Shown: positions 11,491 to 26,300 of the stretch, in pieces
Numbering within the stretch: position 1 is the first letter of the stretch
Layout of the letters: every line of letters begins with the position of its first letter
NCBI GenBank assembly: GCA_002633005.1
Contig: NMRA01000489.1
Location: 78,982 to 142,981 of the forward strand
Length of the DNA: 64,000 nucleotides
Source: Phoronis australis
Taxonomy: Eukaryota > Animalia > Phoronida
Direction: 5' to 3'
Program-made: the position numbers and the translations under genes
The notes under the pieces: model-generated
Seen by the model: only the letters and a program-made list of their open reading frames with translations
What the model was told of the DNA's origin: nothing
Databases searched by the model: none

Positions 11491-13269
11491 ATTAAAAACG
11501 AAAGACACGGTTCATAAAACGTAATTCTTGTGCTTTGTCCCTTTACCTACTCCGGTTCTGTCCACAAAATAGTATAACATCGCTTGTTTAAGGGAGATTG
11601 TTTTACAAAAAGGCGCCGCCTCTGTCCAGGGGCCCGTTTCGTAGCTTATGTTCCTCGCGAGTGACAGGCAGTAGGGTCACGTATTGGTGAATACTCAGTT
11701 TAGTGATCTCTACAAACTCACTATAAAGTAGCCGCACGGAACGTAGACCAAGGACCCATTCCTTAACGCAAGATTACGAGTGAAAGTACAGTCACGAAAT
11801 TTGCTTGTAACAGACGGCTCTCGAATATCTAAGTCACGCCTGCGTAACAGGAATGGCCTAAACAGGTGTCCGTTCTGCATATTGACGCAATAAAGTCGCG
11901 AAAATGCGAGATCACACAAGTCTTTGCGAGATATCACCATGCATTACAAGAAAAGCATATGATCACACTAGCTTTACTTGCGAGATTCTTGCGCCAGGCT
12001 CCTAAGGAACTAAGCCCAGGTTGTTGCAACACCATCTAGCGGGGTGTTCTCGTGACAGGTTTGCAGTTTTTTGTTTGCGAATCTTAAATTTTGACAGTCC
12101 TTGGGGTTCTAGGAAAAAAGGGGCAGAAATCAACAACTTTCTCCAAAAGTATTCACTATAAGAAATGAAAGGTCGTTGGGTAATCTTTAAAACGTGCGTC
12201 ATGACGCGTGTTATAATTGGTACTATTAACACCAAAGACACTATTTTGAACACGCACTATAGGTTTTTCTGTCGCTGAAAATTTCCTACTACAAGGTAGT
12301 TGTAATTTGAAAACTCTGTGGGTGCGAAATATTTGTCGAAATGTCGCAAGAAAGCAGAAGATAACTTGTGCAGAAAAGATACCGAATACTTTCTGCATGT
12401 AAACGCAGATGGTAACTATCATCGTTTCGAAAAGTAAAATTGCATGATGTCATTGAAATTCACATTCCTGTCAATCATTATACCACAAAAACTCAGAATC
12501 TCTAAAAAACACATTCCCATCAAGTCGAAAACATTACTTCATTGTCCAGGAACATACGGCGTGAGATTGATTAACTCCGTTTAACATGTGCGGCGCAGTT
12601 GAAAATTAAATCACATGGCGTTCTGTGATCACGATCAGACAGGGCTTCTCAAATCGCAACTCTTTTATCGTAGCGGCCGTATTTCAATAACAGCCAACGC
12701 ATTACGGTATCCCGCGGGTTACTGTCATGGGAGGGCTGGTGGGACAAGTCGTTAAAACCAAGTGAGTTATATTATATTTGTCCTTTTGGAAGGGCAGTTT
12801 GGCTTTGCGGTAGGTATCTTCGATACTTACATTGCAGATATTCTCTCAGCTATGCACACGAAAGTGGTGAAATCAATACACGGGTACAGGATGACACGAC
12901 GGCGGACGTAATGTCTAAGAGATTTTCATCAAATTGTTTCGGGTGACCAGGAGTACTTGGGCGCACTTTGGACAGAGGATGTTGCTGGAAAATTAGAATA
13001 CTCATCCGTATAAAAACCGACAGCAAAGAAGCAAAGAAGGTGTCCTAAGTGTCTTCTACGAAAAAGTCACCCTCTCGGGGGGAGGGGTTGTTTCAGAAAC
13101 ACCTCCCCTTTTATAGAGGTTGAATTCAGTAAACCTAAGACTTCCGTAGGGATACTTGTGCATTGTAATTAATTTCTAACCCATCAAACCTGAAACAGCA
13201 CAAAAAGTGTCATGGTTTCACGATGAGTATATCATCTGCACAAAACGTTTTTAAAAACGATAACATAGA

Positions 13270-13480
13270 AAACCCTTCTGTAAACTTGGGGGTTGTTAAA
13301 ATGAACATCTTCTATACGTTCGAACTCCCAAAGGGCACCCTTTTATCGGGAATTTTGAGGGAAAACACGCCCTTTTGCAGAGAACTTGGTCCCTAAAGGC
13401 ACCCTTTCGTAGGGAAACTGGTTGTGAAAAAGTACGTCTCGCATACCTCTTCTATGGAAATAACCCTCGTGCCCACTTCT
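13270..13480 (-). repeat. Dispersed repeat, CCCGGGGG-terminus family (copy 1)
   Basis: Reverse complement (gagggttatttccatagaagaggtatgcg...aaagggtgcc...caaaattccc) resembles 19949-20110; internal short aaagggtg-type subrepeats. Confidence 0.5.
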
Positions 13481-14859
13481 ATCTTTGCCCTTGTATTGCG
13501 TATATCTGGGTAAGGAAAACTCGTTACCAGCCCCACCCATTGTGTGAAGGAAAATCAGCGAGCTGGCACTAAGTTCTCGTAAATTGATTTTTCGTACTCG
13601 CTAAATAAATGTGGTGAGAAGTTACAGTCGCAGCAAAACTGTCGTCGGCAAGTGATCTAAATCAAGAACTCGCGCCTTGGAAGGAACGACTCGTCTTTAT
13701 AGCCATTTCAATCAATCCCAGACGTTGTAATACCACCGAATGGCCCATCACCCTTAACCTAGGTACTGCACTCACTCTGATAGATAATAAAAAATAATTG
13801 AAGTCGTCCTGCTACACGTTGTACCAGACCAGCGCAGGCCGCGCATATGGGCCCATTGCACTGATCACCTGGAACTATTTTATGCTTTATTAGTACATAG
13901 CTAGATACCAACGACAAAGGAATTCATTACAGAGATATTTAACCTTTTGTTTATGACGTCCATCACCCGTTGAATAAAAAGGCAATAAAAATCAATTTCT
14001 CGAATTACAGACACAATATCCGGTGTCATGACCCCTTTGCAAATGCCATGTCGGCTAGTGCTTCTTGACAACCTGTCGTTTCCTAAAAGACAGGGCCGGC
14101 TAAAACTGGTCCCTGTAAAAATAGTAAAAATAGAGGTAAGGAGACAGTAAATGTCGTAGATTATGGCTAAAATCGCTTTAAGATATAGTATATCACTTCC
14201 GCTATACGAACTGGACAGATTGGGCTGAAATCAAGGATCTAATTGTCGATCGAACTATCGTATACTTTACCTAGGGGTGCATTCACAGTAATCCAAGGGA
14301 GTTGTACAAAAATAGCATACCTACTGTCATATTTACCTTGTTTAGGTGTAACAAGTTCTTTTATCTGCGTCATTTGTAATTAGTTAATTAGAGAAGAAAG
14401 GGAACATTTCCTTTGATGGACCACTGAAAGAAAATGGGTAATTCCCCTGGGCTTGAACAATCTAAGTTATTCATAAGAAAACAGATTGCGGAGAATAACG
14501 TAATAGGGTTCTATTGATTAGTTGGGGTATTCAGGAATATTACGGGGCACTTACTTAGGATTAATTATGTCATGCTGACCTCATCTCAATTAACAAGGAA
14601 TCTGCACTATAGTATACAAGAAGTCCCAAAAATGTTTTTTAGATTCTTTCTGGAAACTAATGGTGTGGATGAGAGTGGGTTTGGGTTGTGGGGTGGAGCG
14701 GATGGGGGGGGGGGGGGAGGNAGGAAGCACCGCCATGCGAGCCCATTAGGAGAATGACAAGGTTCACGTTTAAGTATGCTCTAACCTTTAGATCATAGCG
14801 TAAATTGCTTGGCACTTACAATAAAACATCCACTGTTTTCGCTTGGCTATGGTATTAAT

Positions 14860-15140
14860 GGGTGCTGGTGGCCAATTATCGCTTTCGATTGATTTTAGAC
14901 AACGCTATACAGACACTGAAAATCAAATTTGGGAAGACACTGTTGTACAATGTTCTAGATACCTAGAGCCTCGTGTGTCAGGAATACGCCAACTACTTAA
15001 AAAAATAAGACAGAACACATATGGTGCGTTTGCAAATGCTCAAACTATTACGTAATGACTGAAACAAGACGTTACCACGGTGTTGTTCGCGGCGAAAGAT
15101 TATGCCCCTGCTGCGACATGGAGGAAATAGAGTGTGAACA
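14860..15140 (+). mobile_element. Decayed LINE ORF2 C-terminal fragment
   Basis: FRQRYTDTENQIW and ETRRYHGVVRGERLCPCCDMEEIECE match the E-x-GRY...ERLC-x2-C...IE-x-E motif of CR1/L2-group ORF2 C-termini, as also seen at ~10250-10350. Confidence 0.7.
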
Positions 15141-15436
15141 GTTGGCCTTGATTGCACCTGCGTCTACGCATATATGGGGAACTACAACAAAACTAAGGCG
15201 CCAAGGGAGAGAACAATTAAAAAACTGTTTCTGTGTTTCTGCTGTAGACAGTGTGTTCAGTTTGACCATAGGATGAAGTGCACATTTCGTTGTGCATGTG
15301 AAGGATGAACGCTATCCAGCAGTGCAGAGCCCGAGAAAATCAATTCATCGATGCTCCGCAATTAGAGTCAATTGTGTCATATTCCCGAACTGCTATGTCT
15401 GCCAATACAGTCGCTGGAATTCACAACCCGCAACCC

Positions 15437-15540
15437 CGGAGGGAGGGAGCGAGGGAGGGAGGGAGGTGGAAGGAAGGGAGGTTGGCCGGAGTGGGAAGGA
15501 GGGAGGGTAGCCTGATGAGACGGTGGGAGGGAGGGACGGA
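15437..15540 (+). repeat. Degenerate (GGGA)n purine-rich tract
   Basis: ggagggagggagcgagggagggagggaggtggaaggaagggagg... seen directly. Confidence 0.85.
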
Positions 15541-18500
15541 TAGAGCAAAGGATGGCATCAAATTTACCAATAAAACGTCCGTTGTAAGTACCCGAGTACA
15601 TGACAATTTCGCCTTTTAGACAGACTCGTCTTTCAGCACCAAATTAGTAACATTAACCATTTTCTGCTCAAGACCCTGGTGCCTAAATCGGCCAAGACAT
15701 CGTGAACCAAATGACTTAGTACTGTTTATGAGCTTAATCACAACCTCTTCACTCGTGTTTGCTGCTCCTCCAAATTAACATTAATTGTAAGGTGATTTAA
15801 TCTGACATGAAAAACGAACAAGAACTTCCGCCACGTGAAGAATTCCATTGACCATTAATGCTTAAACGACGTCCATCGGTATTGTGAGTCTCACTTCTGT
15901 TTGTCGCACTTAACAAAAGTGCATGCCTACTTTGCCATGGGCGTTGTCCATCCATGCTTTTATTTAGACAATTATATATTTAGATTAGCTAAGATGTTTG
16001 CGTGAACAATATCGAATTTTGTATTTTTATAACGGCCACATCAATGACCGTCTACGTGCACTTAGCGAACTCTCTAGTTTTCTCTGTTTAACGACTCCGT
16101 CATCGATAACTGTTTTAATGCCATTGTGCAGACTTACGTAAATGAAAGAAGATTGCGCTCTTTGGTGGGCCTGCCCTTTGAACCGTTGACTTTTAGTAGC
16201 TCTGTTATGAATTAAGCCCTTGAAAATGCATTACCACTCATGAAAGCAAAACAGAACTGCATATTTACGATGCTATTATGTCTAACAGGTAGACATTACC
16301 AGGATTCTGATGGTGTCTTCCTGTTCTGAGTAACACTTAGTGCAGTTTTAAAGGGGCTGGCCTTATAAACATGGAATCGTTGTTGACTGCATTATTGCAA
16401 ATGACCAATTATTACCGATTCGATAGCGATTTCGAGAGAAATAAAAATCCTTGGTACAGACGCCATATGCAATTATCCAATCCCTTTCATGAAACTGACC
16501 TGCGCGGAAGCTCATTAATTTGTGCAGAGGAAAAGCGCTATCATTTCTCCTGGGGAACGCACACCCACGCTAGGTGCACGAAACGTCAAAACGAAACCAA
16601 AAGAGAGGCAAATGTTTCATACGAAGTTTGGTTTTTGACACTATTTGAAATTTTTCTTTAACGTACTCGTAGCTCCTTCTGGTGTTCGGGCCCGAAACCA
16701 GGCTATTCAGTTTTCGGAAAATGATTTTTCGTTTTTTCAAATCTGACAGTGGAATCGCCCAAAATTAGTCTTTCAGGCTTAAGAATATTTCTTAGACACG
16801 ATTTGCTTATGGTGTCTAAAGTAACACTGAGGTGGTTCTTGCATTGAGGATAAGTGGTCGATAAGAGACCTCTCCATTGGTCTTAACAACTTCGTGTGGT
16901 TCCTTTCAATTTCCGCCACTAAGGCTACGTGTGGTCATTGATCGTCCTTTCATGTAAGTGGAAAACACGTGCACTCTTTGGTTGTTGCCGTACTACTTTA
17001 TTACGCCAAAATATTTTGGCGCAACAAAGTAGTTCTTTGCTTATTGGCTTTTGATGAACCATGTATGGAGGGAGCGATTAATCTATGACTCTGACCCTAC
17101 TGTCAGCAATGAGAGGGTCTATAAAGTTTTGCAACAGAACTCCACAGAAAAGTTTCCTATAACTTACTAATAGTTGTGCTAAGTAAATAAATTACAATCC
17201 AAACCACACGATACTCTATTTTAATTCAGTACATAAGCACTGCGTAGGGTTTAAAACAAAAGAATTGTTATGCAGCATAAACTCTTCAAAAGGACTATTT
17301 TTTCATAAAAGCGCGCAACAAATGTATCCGTTTTGTTAGTGTTGACTTTCTCAAAGTGCAGAGGTTTACTTTGTCGAATCTCCAAAATTTGGAGGTCTTA
17401 CAATTTCCAAGCAACACCTCCGTTCCAAAATGTAGTCGAGGACCCTAGGGCAGCGTCTCAGCCTCGTGCGTCATGTTGAAACGGAATCTTACCACAAAAC
17501 GCTTCTCAGTTCAAGGACAATAAATTTCGCCACAGGTAAGAGTACGATAGCAGCCGCTTTGACGCGTTTCATATAACTGAAACCTTGGCGACAGATACAA
17601 CGCAACATAAGGCCATAGGAAATATAAACACTTCTAGTTAATTAACAGCACAGTTTCTCTGATCTCGTACTATATATAAGTCCCTTTACGTTTTTATATT
17701 TTTCTCGCTTTCGCATTTCTATTGGAATCCGTAATCTGAATGCATCACAGTGTGTGTAATAGCGCAAAATTCTAAGGGTTGTACAGTGACATTTGGTGTG
17801 CGTAAGTAAATAAGGAAATGGGCAAATAAACAAAGTTCAGTCCTCTTAAATAAAAAAGCCGTGAGCATTCGTTCTGAGAACAGTTGTCAATGGTTGCGAC
17901 ACCATAAAGACAGATACTAACGACTTTATATCAATAGGTATACTCACACTTATGAAAAAAAACGAAAATTATGATAGCTACACTTAATTACACGAATGAC
18001 AAAAGTAAATAAAACATGACAATTTATGCCCAATACTTGTCAAATAGCCGCCTTGCAGAATGGAAGGTGCGTATTCCTAAATTAAAGATATGATGACAAA
18101 TAAAACCATTTATACAACAAGAAATAAGACGAAATAAAATGAAATATAATAAATAGAGTACGTTACGTTTCTGTGCAACACTTGTCAAAGAGTGGTCTAG
18201 TGGATAATCATGAACAATTCAGACCGAAACCAACCTAGTCAGCACTTCGTCGTTGTCAAGGCTAAAATCAAACTCTCGATCAGTTCATCGGCGTTTATAC
18301 AGATAGTTGGGGGGATAGACGATTAACGCTATTTATCTTGCTCGAAGCCTCTGTAACGACGCGATTAATCACGGATTATTATCCGCGTCTCCGATTAAAT
18401 AAATATCTTAGGAGAGTCAGAGAGAACGTGTCGGCTCAGCAACCGACGTTACCAGATAATAATATAGTCATTTGCCGTTGAAACCTTAAAATCTACGGCG

Positions 18501-19948
18501 ACAACAACGTAATTATATTCCCAACATCGAAAGTTGTCTGTGTGGTAATGACATTGCTCTGGGAACTAAGAAACTGGTGACAAATCCTTAGCAACAATAA
18601 AGTACCAATATCGACTTTCGTAACCATAAGGAAAGACAGAGAAAAATGTGAAATCGAGTAATGGAGCATTTAAATGGCAATTTTAGTATCAAGAGTCTAA
18701 TTCCCGTAAGACCTCGTCGCCAGATCAGCGACTCAAATCTCGATTTGTGAAGAGACTGTGTTACGTACAACATTCTGCAACTGAGATTCAACTTGCGCAC
18801 GCGGAGTACAAGCGACAGGGAGAAAAGAGCTCGACTCAAAATCACACAGGAAATGATCAAATGCCTTATAAGCTCGGTTTCTGACAAAAAATAAATTTCG
18901 ATTTAGGCTGCTTGCACTTATAACAATTTGCCATTTGCCCAGAGTAGATTTGAGCTGTGTGCTCTGCTGGATGAGCAGACAAATCGTTATTGCTTGAGAT
19001 CATACGTAGTTGGTGCATAACATGATTAGCCAATTCTTAACCAAAAAAATCAAAAGCTGATATTGACAGAACTTGGGTTCATCGAAAGAGAAGATTAGGC
19101 CAAACAAAGACGTTTCATTGTTCAGACATACTTGAGTATCACAGAAAAAGAAGAAAAAACACTAGTTTTCACACATTTTAAATTGACAATCATCGTTTTC
19201 GTGTACATAAAAACGTAACATTATTTGTTAAAAACGACAGTGACATTTCCTTTACATTATTATCGCGATGACTGGACAACGAGGAAACTCAACACGCGTC
19301 TGGGAATATTATGTACTCATACAATGGAACTGGTCTTTTTAAGTCAGTTTTAAAAACAATTACACCCGTGGGCTAAAACGAGTCGTTTTAAACAGTTTTG
19401 TTCGGTTTTCTTCATTCGCCTTATTGCTTTGATAAAATCAATCAAGATATGCTATTTCGCATCAATGCAAACACAAAGCCGATATTTTTTTCGAATCCCA
19501 TTTTCCAAATCAGAATCTGGAATGCGATCTAATGCAATGAAATGTAAAACAAAATTATATAAGCTTACCGATAAAACAGAAACGAAGCTTTGCATGCAGG
19601 TTGTAACATAAGGAAAGACCTGGCTGAGATAAAAGGTTTTTTACCTCTTTTTACGACCTATGTGCAAAGTTCTCATTAATTTATTTTCTATTTGAACTAA
19701 TATTTTGTGCATTGTCACAAAAATGAACACACTTCAAATACGTATGTTCACCCTGCCTCACTGCTATGCTGGCTACAGTTCATTGCGTTTTTTTCATGCG
19801 AAGTAATAAGAATCTTTTGAAATACAGCAGAGGCGAAACTTACGAAAGGAGCGTGGGGTGAAACTCCATCCAATAGTCTTAGGTCAAATGCCGGTGCAAT
19901 TTAGCTTAAGATATATTTGGTTTGCTGCGAAAACCTATGGGGTTCGGT

Positions 19949-20110
19949 CCCCGGGGGTATTCCTACAGAAGAAGTATACGGAACTTTCCGCTCAAAAGGG
20001 TGACTTTCATATGCCTAGTTTTCCTTCGAATGGTGCTTTTTTCGCCAAAATTCCCTTCAAAGGGGTTCATTTTGAGACTCTGCAAAACTTTCCTTTTTGC
20101 AGCAACACAA
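19949..20110 (+). repeat. Dispersed repeat, CCCGGGGG-terminus family (copy 2)
   Basis: ccccgggggtattcctacagaagaagtatacgg...aaaagggtg...caaaattccc, similar to the reverse complement of 13270-13480; a related start cccgggggtaatc occurs at 6781. Confidence 0.5.
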
Positions 20111-20981
20111 ATCTCCAGAAGAGTTTTTAATATCATCTGTATTTCAAAATCTTTGGAGGGAAAAGATATACTCAAGTTCCACAACATGGCATCTGTTTTT
20201 GTACTGTTGCAAGCTTAGTGTTTGAAAATCAGCTGCCCAAGAATTCATACATCGGAAGGGTTCGGTGTATAGAATTAACACCTACGGAAGAGCGAAGTTT
20301 CTCTCACAAAACCCCAAGAAAAGACGACTTGTCACGGAAGTTGCTTACAAATAGGTCCCATTTTTCGAGTACAATCTGTGCATGGATGGTTATTCTATTT
20401 TTTGAGCTGCACCCTTTCGTCAAAAGTCTAGCCGAACATCCACGGGGTTTGCACGGCAAATTGTCTGTGCGTCAGTATGGTGAGAAGATTTGCTTACGGT
20501 TGCAAGACAAACTTGAACAAAACGCAACCGACTGTGACGCAACACTGACAGCCCACCCGTGTTACCGTCCTCTCTACATTTTGTTTGAATGCCAATGTAC
20601 ACGTACCGCCCAGTAATTCAATGGATGCCCAAATGTGTGCAGACCGAGCATTTGAGTTTGGCGGGCATCTGTCCATTTTATCTTTTAGCCTCCAAGCTAA
20701 CGCCTGGTAGTCACGTGTCGGAAGTAATTTCTCAATCCAGTTGCCGAAAGACATTTTCGCTACGGCTCGAAAAATAACGATTGGTACATTTTATTTCGCA
20801 ATAATGAAACCTGGTATTGCAAAGTTCAATTTAATGAAGATGTTGCCACCACCACCGTCCACCTTATCAATGACCAGATCATGGACATAATGACAACCAT
20901 TAGGATGTCCCTTATCATATTTCACCGTTATCACCATCACTGTCATCGATAATCTCCGTCGTCGTCATAGCTGTTAAACCT

Positions 20982-21233
20982 AGGGCCCGTTCCAAGAAAC
21001 TGACTTAAGCTCAATTTTGACTAAGTCGGGGATTTAGATCAATTCCAAAACTTTGAATCTTCCGAAAACTTTAGAAAAGTTAGTGAAACGTAAGACAATA
21101 CTTAAATAAACAACCTAAATCAAAATTAAGATCACTTTCTAGGAAGGGAAATAAAGCAACTTGAAGCTTTATCTCAAAATTGACTTCAATTTAAGATTTG
21201 TCTTAGCTAATTTAGTTTTCTTGGAGGGACTCC
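20982..21233. mobile_element. MITE with GGGCCCGTT-type TIRs (Harbinger-like)
   Basis: Left gggcccgttccaagaaactgacttaagct versus right-end reverse complement gggagtccctccaagaaaactaaattagct. Confidence 0.55.
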
Positions 21234-22437
21234 CGCATTTTCCCATTTCGTTACTTTCGTCGTTCTGTTCATGCATGCAAACAAGGGTATGCACACATTT
21301 CACATTAAATCTATGAATATGCAAATTACATGCTCACTCACGATTCAAGGCCTTCCGGTGTTCTAAACGCAACAGAACCAGCTTCATAAATTATGGGTGA
21401 CTAAGAAACTGAAACAAAATTTGCCAAACGAATATCATTATCAGTTTTGCAAACAATTTGACGCGAGGAAAACAATTTGTTTTAGCTGTTTCGTTTCCGT
21501 TCATTCAAAATCACGATTCTTTTACAAGCATGCTAGTAAACTTGCAGCCGCGTACAAGAAAGATGGCAGCTACTGAAGTGATTGTTCGGTAAGACTGGAA
21601 CGCTTCACAACGGGATACAATTCAACGCTTCCGTTCCATAAGCGATGATCTAAGCGCTGCAAGCGCTTCGCGTGTGTCGTGGACCTGTGGAACACAGTCC
21701 AGGCAGACGCAGGAATCACGCATTAGACTCGGATAGGATTATGCATATGGTCAGCTAGCTACTTGAACTCTTTAATAATCGCCATTCTTTCAAAAAGTCT
21801 TTTTCTCTGTCACTGTGTCACTGTCGTATCCTGCCGCGACAGAAATGAACACTTTGTGTTATGGACGACGCACGTCGCAGTGCTGGCTAAAAATGTCCTC
21901 TTGTAATAGCCATTCATGAAGTGATCTAAACATTGATAAATGGCTTGAATAGCTAAACATTTGATTGATACATCGGGTAACATATTCGGCGATACATGGT
22001 TATGATTTTGATAATAATGATAACTAGCACTCACTCAGACCCTATTAGCAACGACGATGAAGTAAAATATTCAGAGAATCCTTCTCTGACGCAAACAGCG
22101 ATTTAATTTACTCCCAAGTACAGAGTGGCATGTTAGCTACATGGGTAAATGATTTACATTGGACTGGATTAGAGATAACTTAACAACTACAAAACAGTGG
22201 TTACTGTGATACAGCTGTGGGTCAATGTAGGCTAAGACGCTCGGTACACACTTACGACGAACTTAAGCGAACTGAAGGGGGGCGTTGTCTGTGTTTACAC
22301 ATATCTACATTTGGGTGTGCACACCTTTAAGTTATTGGAGCTGAACGCGCACTTTCTGTTCATATAAGCAGAAACACGCAAATCGATGGCGTGATGTCTT
22401 GCTGGTTTTTGTACAGGTCGACTCTGGCGATACATGC

Positions 22438-22691
22438 CACTGGCGTTTTTAGGGAGCGGGAGGGGCAAGGAGGCCATGTCCCCCTATAATTCTCCCAGAT
22501 ACCATTTCGCAGTTCGGGGGGCTAATTGCTGACTAGCATATGCGCGCACCTAGGAGGGCTCGAGAGGCGAATGCACAATGTATAGGACTTGAAAAAACCC
22601 CGTTTATCGTTTTCTTTATAGTAATAAGGTCGAAATTCTGGTTATTCCTGTGCCCTGGCCCCCCTAACTCAAAATCCTGAATCCGCCCTTG
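22438..22691. mobile_element. CA...TG MITE with 5-bp TSD (CATGC)
   Basis: CATGC at 22433-22437 and 22692-22696; ends cactggcgtttttaggg / cctgaatccgcccttg; G/C-rich subterminal tracts. Confidence 0.7.
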
Positions 22692-23135
22692 CATGCTCTC
22701 GAGACACCCATTCATTCATACATGTAATAACACCGAGTAAATAACTTCTCTAAACGTCAGCGACCATGTAAATTGTGAACAACTGAGAGTAATTTCACCG
22801 AGTTTGAATAAACTTGTTTACTTTTCGAATGATACAACTTCTGACATAATTTCCGACATCGCTTTAGAAGTTGTAGAGAGGACAACGACGACGACGACGA
22901 CGACTTTATTTATGTTACTAAGACGTTCGCGCGATTTTACTAATTTAAGATGAGTACGATGACGATGACACACACCATAGTGATATGAAAAAATCAAGCG
23001 AAAGAGTGATATATCGACCATCTTAGGGGAAGTGACCATTACTAATTATAAAGATGAGAACTATTGGTAATGTCGAGCAAATTTGCGTCACTACTGCAAA
23101 TTATCGATCACACTCAATGCAACGAGCCCCAATTG

Positions 23136-23338
23136 CATAAAAAATGGGGGGTCGATTTTTTTGAGAATTTGGAGCTTTTACTAAGATTCAGAACTATGAA
23201 TTGTGCATTCGCCGAATTTTGGTAGTTCCTGCCTTTTGTCTCGTTTTCTATTTTTTCGGAGTTTTTGTTTCCCTGAGGCGGACTTTTTGCCCACGAGGCC
23301 CGTTCGAGCCCCACCAAGCCCCCCTGAGTGCGCGCATG
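23136..23338. mobile_element. CA...TG MITE-like insertion with 5-bp TSD (AATTG)
   Basis: AATTG at 23131-23135 and 23339-23343; right end cccccctgagtgcgcgcatg; left end degenerate. Confidence 0.55.
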
Positions 23339-26300
23339 AATTGCGATCAAGCGATGTCCGATACATTTTTTCTAACCCACTGTCTACAAATCAGGCAAAA
23401 TAGGGAGAGGTCTATCTTGTTCGGAGATCGGGATACGACGCTGCGTCACGTAAATATGCTGTGACGTCATGAGGCATTGTGTCTTGTTGTTATCTCGTTC
23501 TCGCAGGCGACTTATGAAATACGTATTTCGTAAGTGTTAACGACAATTTTCTTCGTCATTCTGTAAATTTTGTTATGTGGTCGTTCTAAGACCGCAAGAT
23601 TTTTAATCATTTGCAAGTACAGTTACTCTTTAAATCGGTTATGAATCCGCCTTCCACGGTTCCATCACAAACCAACTTTTGATTTAGACCACTTTTAAAA
23701 ATTACTGATGATTTCATGGCTTCAAAGAATGGAATTTTTATGAAATTAAGCCTGCATGATTATCCTGAAGAACACAAGTGTCGCTATTTAATTTGGTTAC
23801 CTGAGGTTATTTGGCCTTAAGCGAACAACTTTAAAGAAAACATTCTCCAAACACCAGAGCTTATATGGAAAATAAACAGTGAGTAGAAAAGCAGGGGAAC
23901 TTACTCTATCAGAAAATGGAAACCATTTTGTGGACAATTTGTAAATGTTGCTTTAATACCACATCGAAAGTACTCAATTCATATATGTGACATACCCATT
24001 AGACTCAGTAATCGCCGAGAGGGGTACACGAATTAATTATGGCATACCTCGACCTCAATCTACCTCACGTGTGTACAAAATAAGACCGAATTGGGGCCAT
24101 GTACCTTTGATTTATATGGTGAAAGGTTCCGTCACAGCAAGTAAAACGCGTACCTTGCAAAAGGGCAGTTTGGACCAAAGGCGACTGAAGAGTCACAGGA
24201 AGCTAAGTTTGAGATGTATTGCTCCTTAAGAATATTATGTGGTCGCACACTTCCCATAGGGAGTGATAAATTAAAACGGTTTTCCTCATATGTTTGGAAA
24301 AATAGCTTGCCATAGAACCACAAGGCCTGCATCTTAGAGCAGTCTGCAAGTGCATCAGACCATGAAACATGCGCTGCATGTATACTGCAAATGGATCTGT
24401 CTGGCGAAAATTATAAACCAAACAATAATTGGCAGGGTAGGTTTTATGAGTCCTCAAAATGAGGAAACATCCACTGAATAGGGCCGTCCCGGATTACACG
24501 TCTAACTCTCCTTTGTCCTGGAGATAAGAAAACGCGTGAACTCATTTGAGAAACACAGTTTTGTGTCTCTCATTGATGTCGGGAAGGGGAAGAATTTCAG
24601 ATCACGTATACTCGGGCATTTGTCCAGTTTATCAAACTTTCTCACGTCGGAATTACAAAACACTAACAATTCGTTGGCACTGGAAGGACGAATAGAGTTA
24701 TGCAACCTAGAAAAGTCTGTAAAGAATTAGACAACAGCATATAACATGTGACACTCCAGTGGTAAGAAAACGAAACAATAAATGTGCCTGACGGCATTGT
24801 GGGTAAATACAGCGAGATTCGAATGTCGCTGTGTAATCTGGGGCGGCCTATTATGCAGACCTGTGGCCTGCAAATCAAAAATTGGGTCGAAATTTGGGAT
24901 TCATGTCCCTCCAACTGAACTTCCTCCTCCTCATCACTATGGTAGTGCCCCCGGTCAACATTACTGTTGTCACCGAAATTCAGCATCCAGATTCTCCATC
25001 CCACTCAAGTTTTTCGTATGCCTTTCCCACAGTCAAGTAGTTCACCGCTTCCAATAATGCCCGTACATCTTATTTTCTTTTTACCTCGAATTTTTCATTG
25101 TGGATTTGACTGAATCTCTAAAACTCCCCTAGTTATGGGTCCGCATGCAGACGGATGCGCATGTTTAGATCTCCGAAAATCTTCAAATTGAGAGCACTCA
25201 ATAATTCACTTTCCTACTTGTAAATTGTTTTTTGTACATTCTAAGGTTTTTTGGAAATTTTGAAATTACCGGTAATTCTGCTGTTATTTAAAGTTAAATG
25301 ACTGGGCTCTGCAAAATCTCTCGTCAACTGCAAACGCAACCAATGCCCAGTTGGTCTGAAATGTATAGCTTGATAAATACCTGAGGACCGCGAAACTGCA
25401 AGATATCTTTATCATGTTTTTTCAAGGAAATTTTTGTCCATAAATTTTGGTTTTCTTGTAGCAAATAATGGATATAGACTGGGTAACTCTGCGTGCAGAA
25501 CAGCTAGTCCTCAAGGAATGACACAGCGAGTACTTCAAGGGATTATTTGATAGATGAACTTAGGTACATTGAACAATGTGTTTATTTAGTGTTATTATGG
25601 CAAAGGAACTGTTGTAATTAAAAGTGACTTTGTTTCAAAATGGTCACACCTGTAGATGTTAAGCCAAATGTGCCTGGAGTCATTGACCGAGTCCCAGCTT
25701 CACCTGACTTCTCGCTGAGACTGTCTCCCCCTCCCAAAACTGTCGTGCCTGCATTGGACTATGATCACCTTTTGCTTGGGCTTTCTCATTGTCTTCGAGT
25801 TCAATCACAAACCACTTCAACGCAGTCATTTTTGTGTCTCTTCTGTTTTGAATTGATGATTACACACTAATGATGATTGAAGAAATCCAATTGCAATCTC
25901 ATATATGCATATTTTGTTTTGACCTTCGTCACGTTCCAAGGTAATATTCCAGAATAATGCATAAAGTGGCAGGTTAATAACAACTCTGGTGTATTGTTGC
26001 GCCATGTCCTTAATGAATGAGAACTTGAAGTTGTTTGCGAATGACGGTGTTTTAGTGAGAAGTTTCGTAAAAATAACACGTTATGTTCTCATCTCTTTCG
26101 TATTCCTCACGTGCTACAATCTGTCGGAAGCAGACCAAAATTGTTTGTTCTAAAATATGCAACTTTTAAAGACATTTTTAACATAGTGAAATGATAGCAT
26201 TGCGTGAAAGTTCCGTTGAAGAAGTTTTAAGTTTTCAAAGTTCTGAAAAACACACGTCGAGTACTAAACGATGTTGAACAATCCAATATTTGACATATTT

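Noticed and set aside
14704-14722. Poly-G run as a G-quadruplex or regulatory site
   Set aside because: Contains an N and is a homopolymer; sequence quality here is doubtful.
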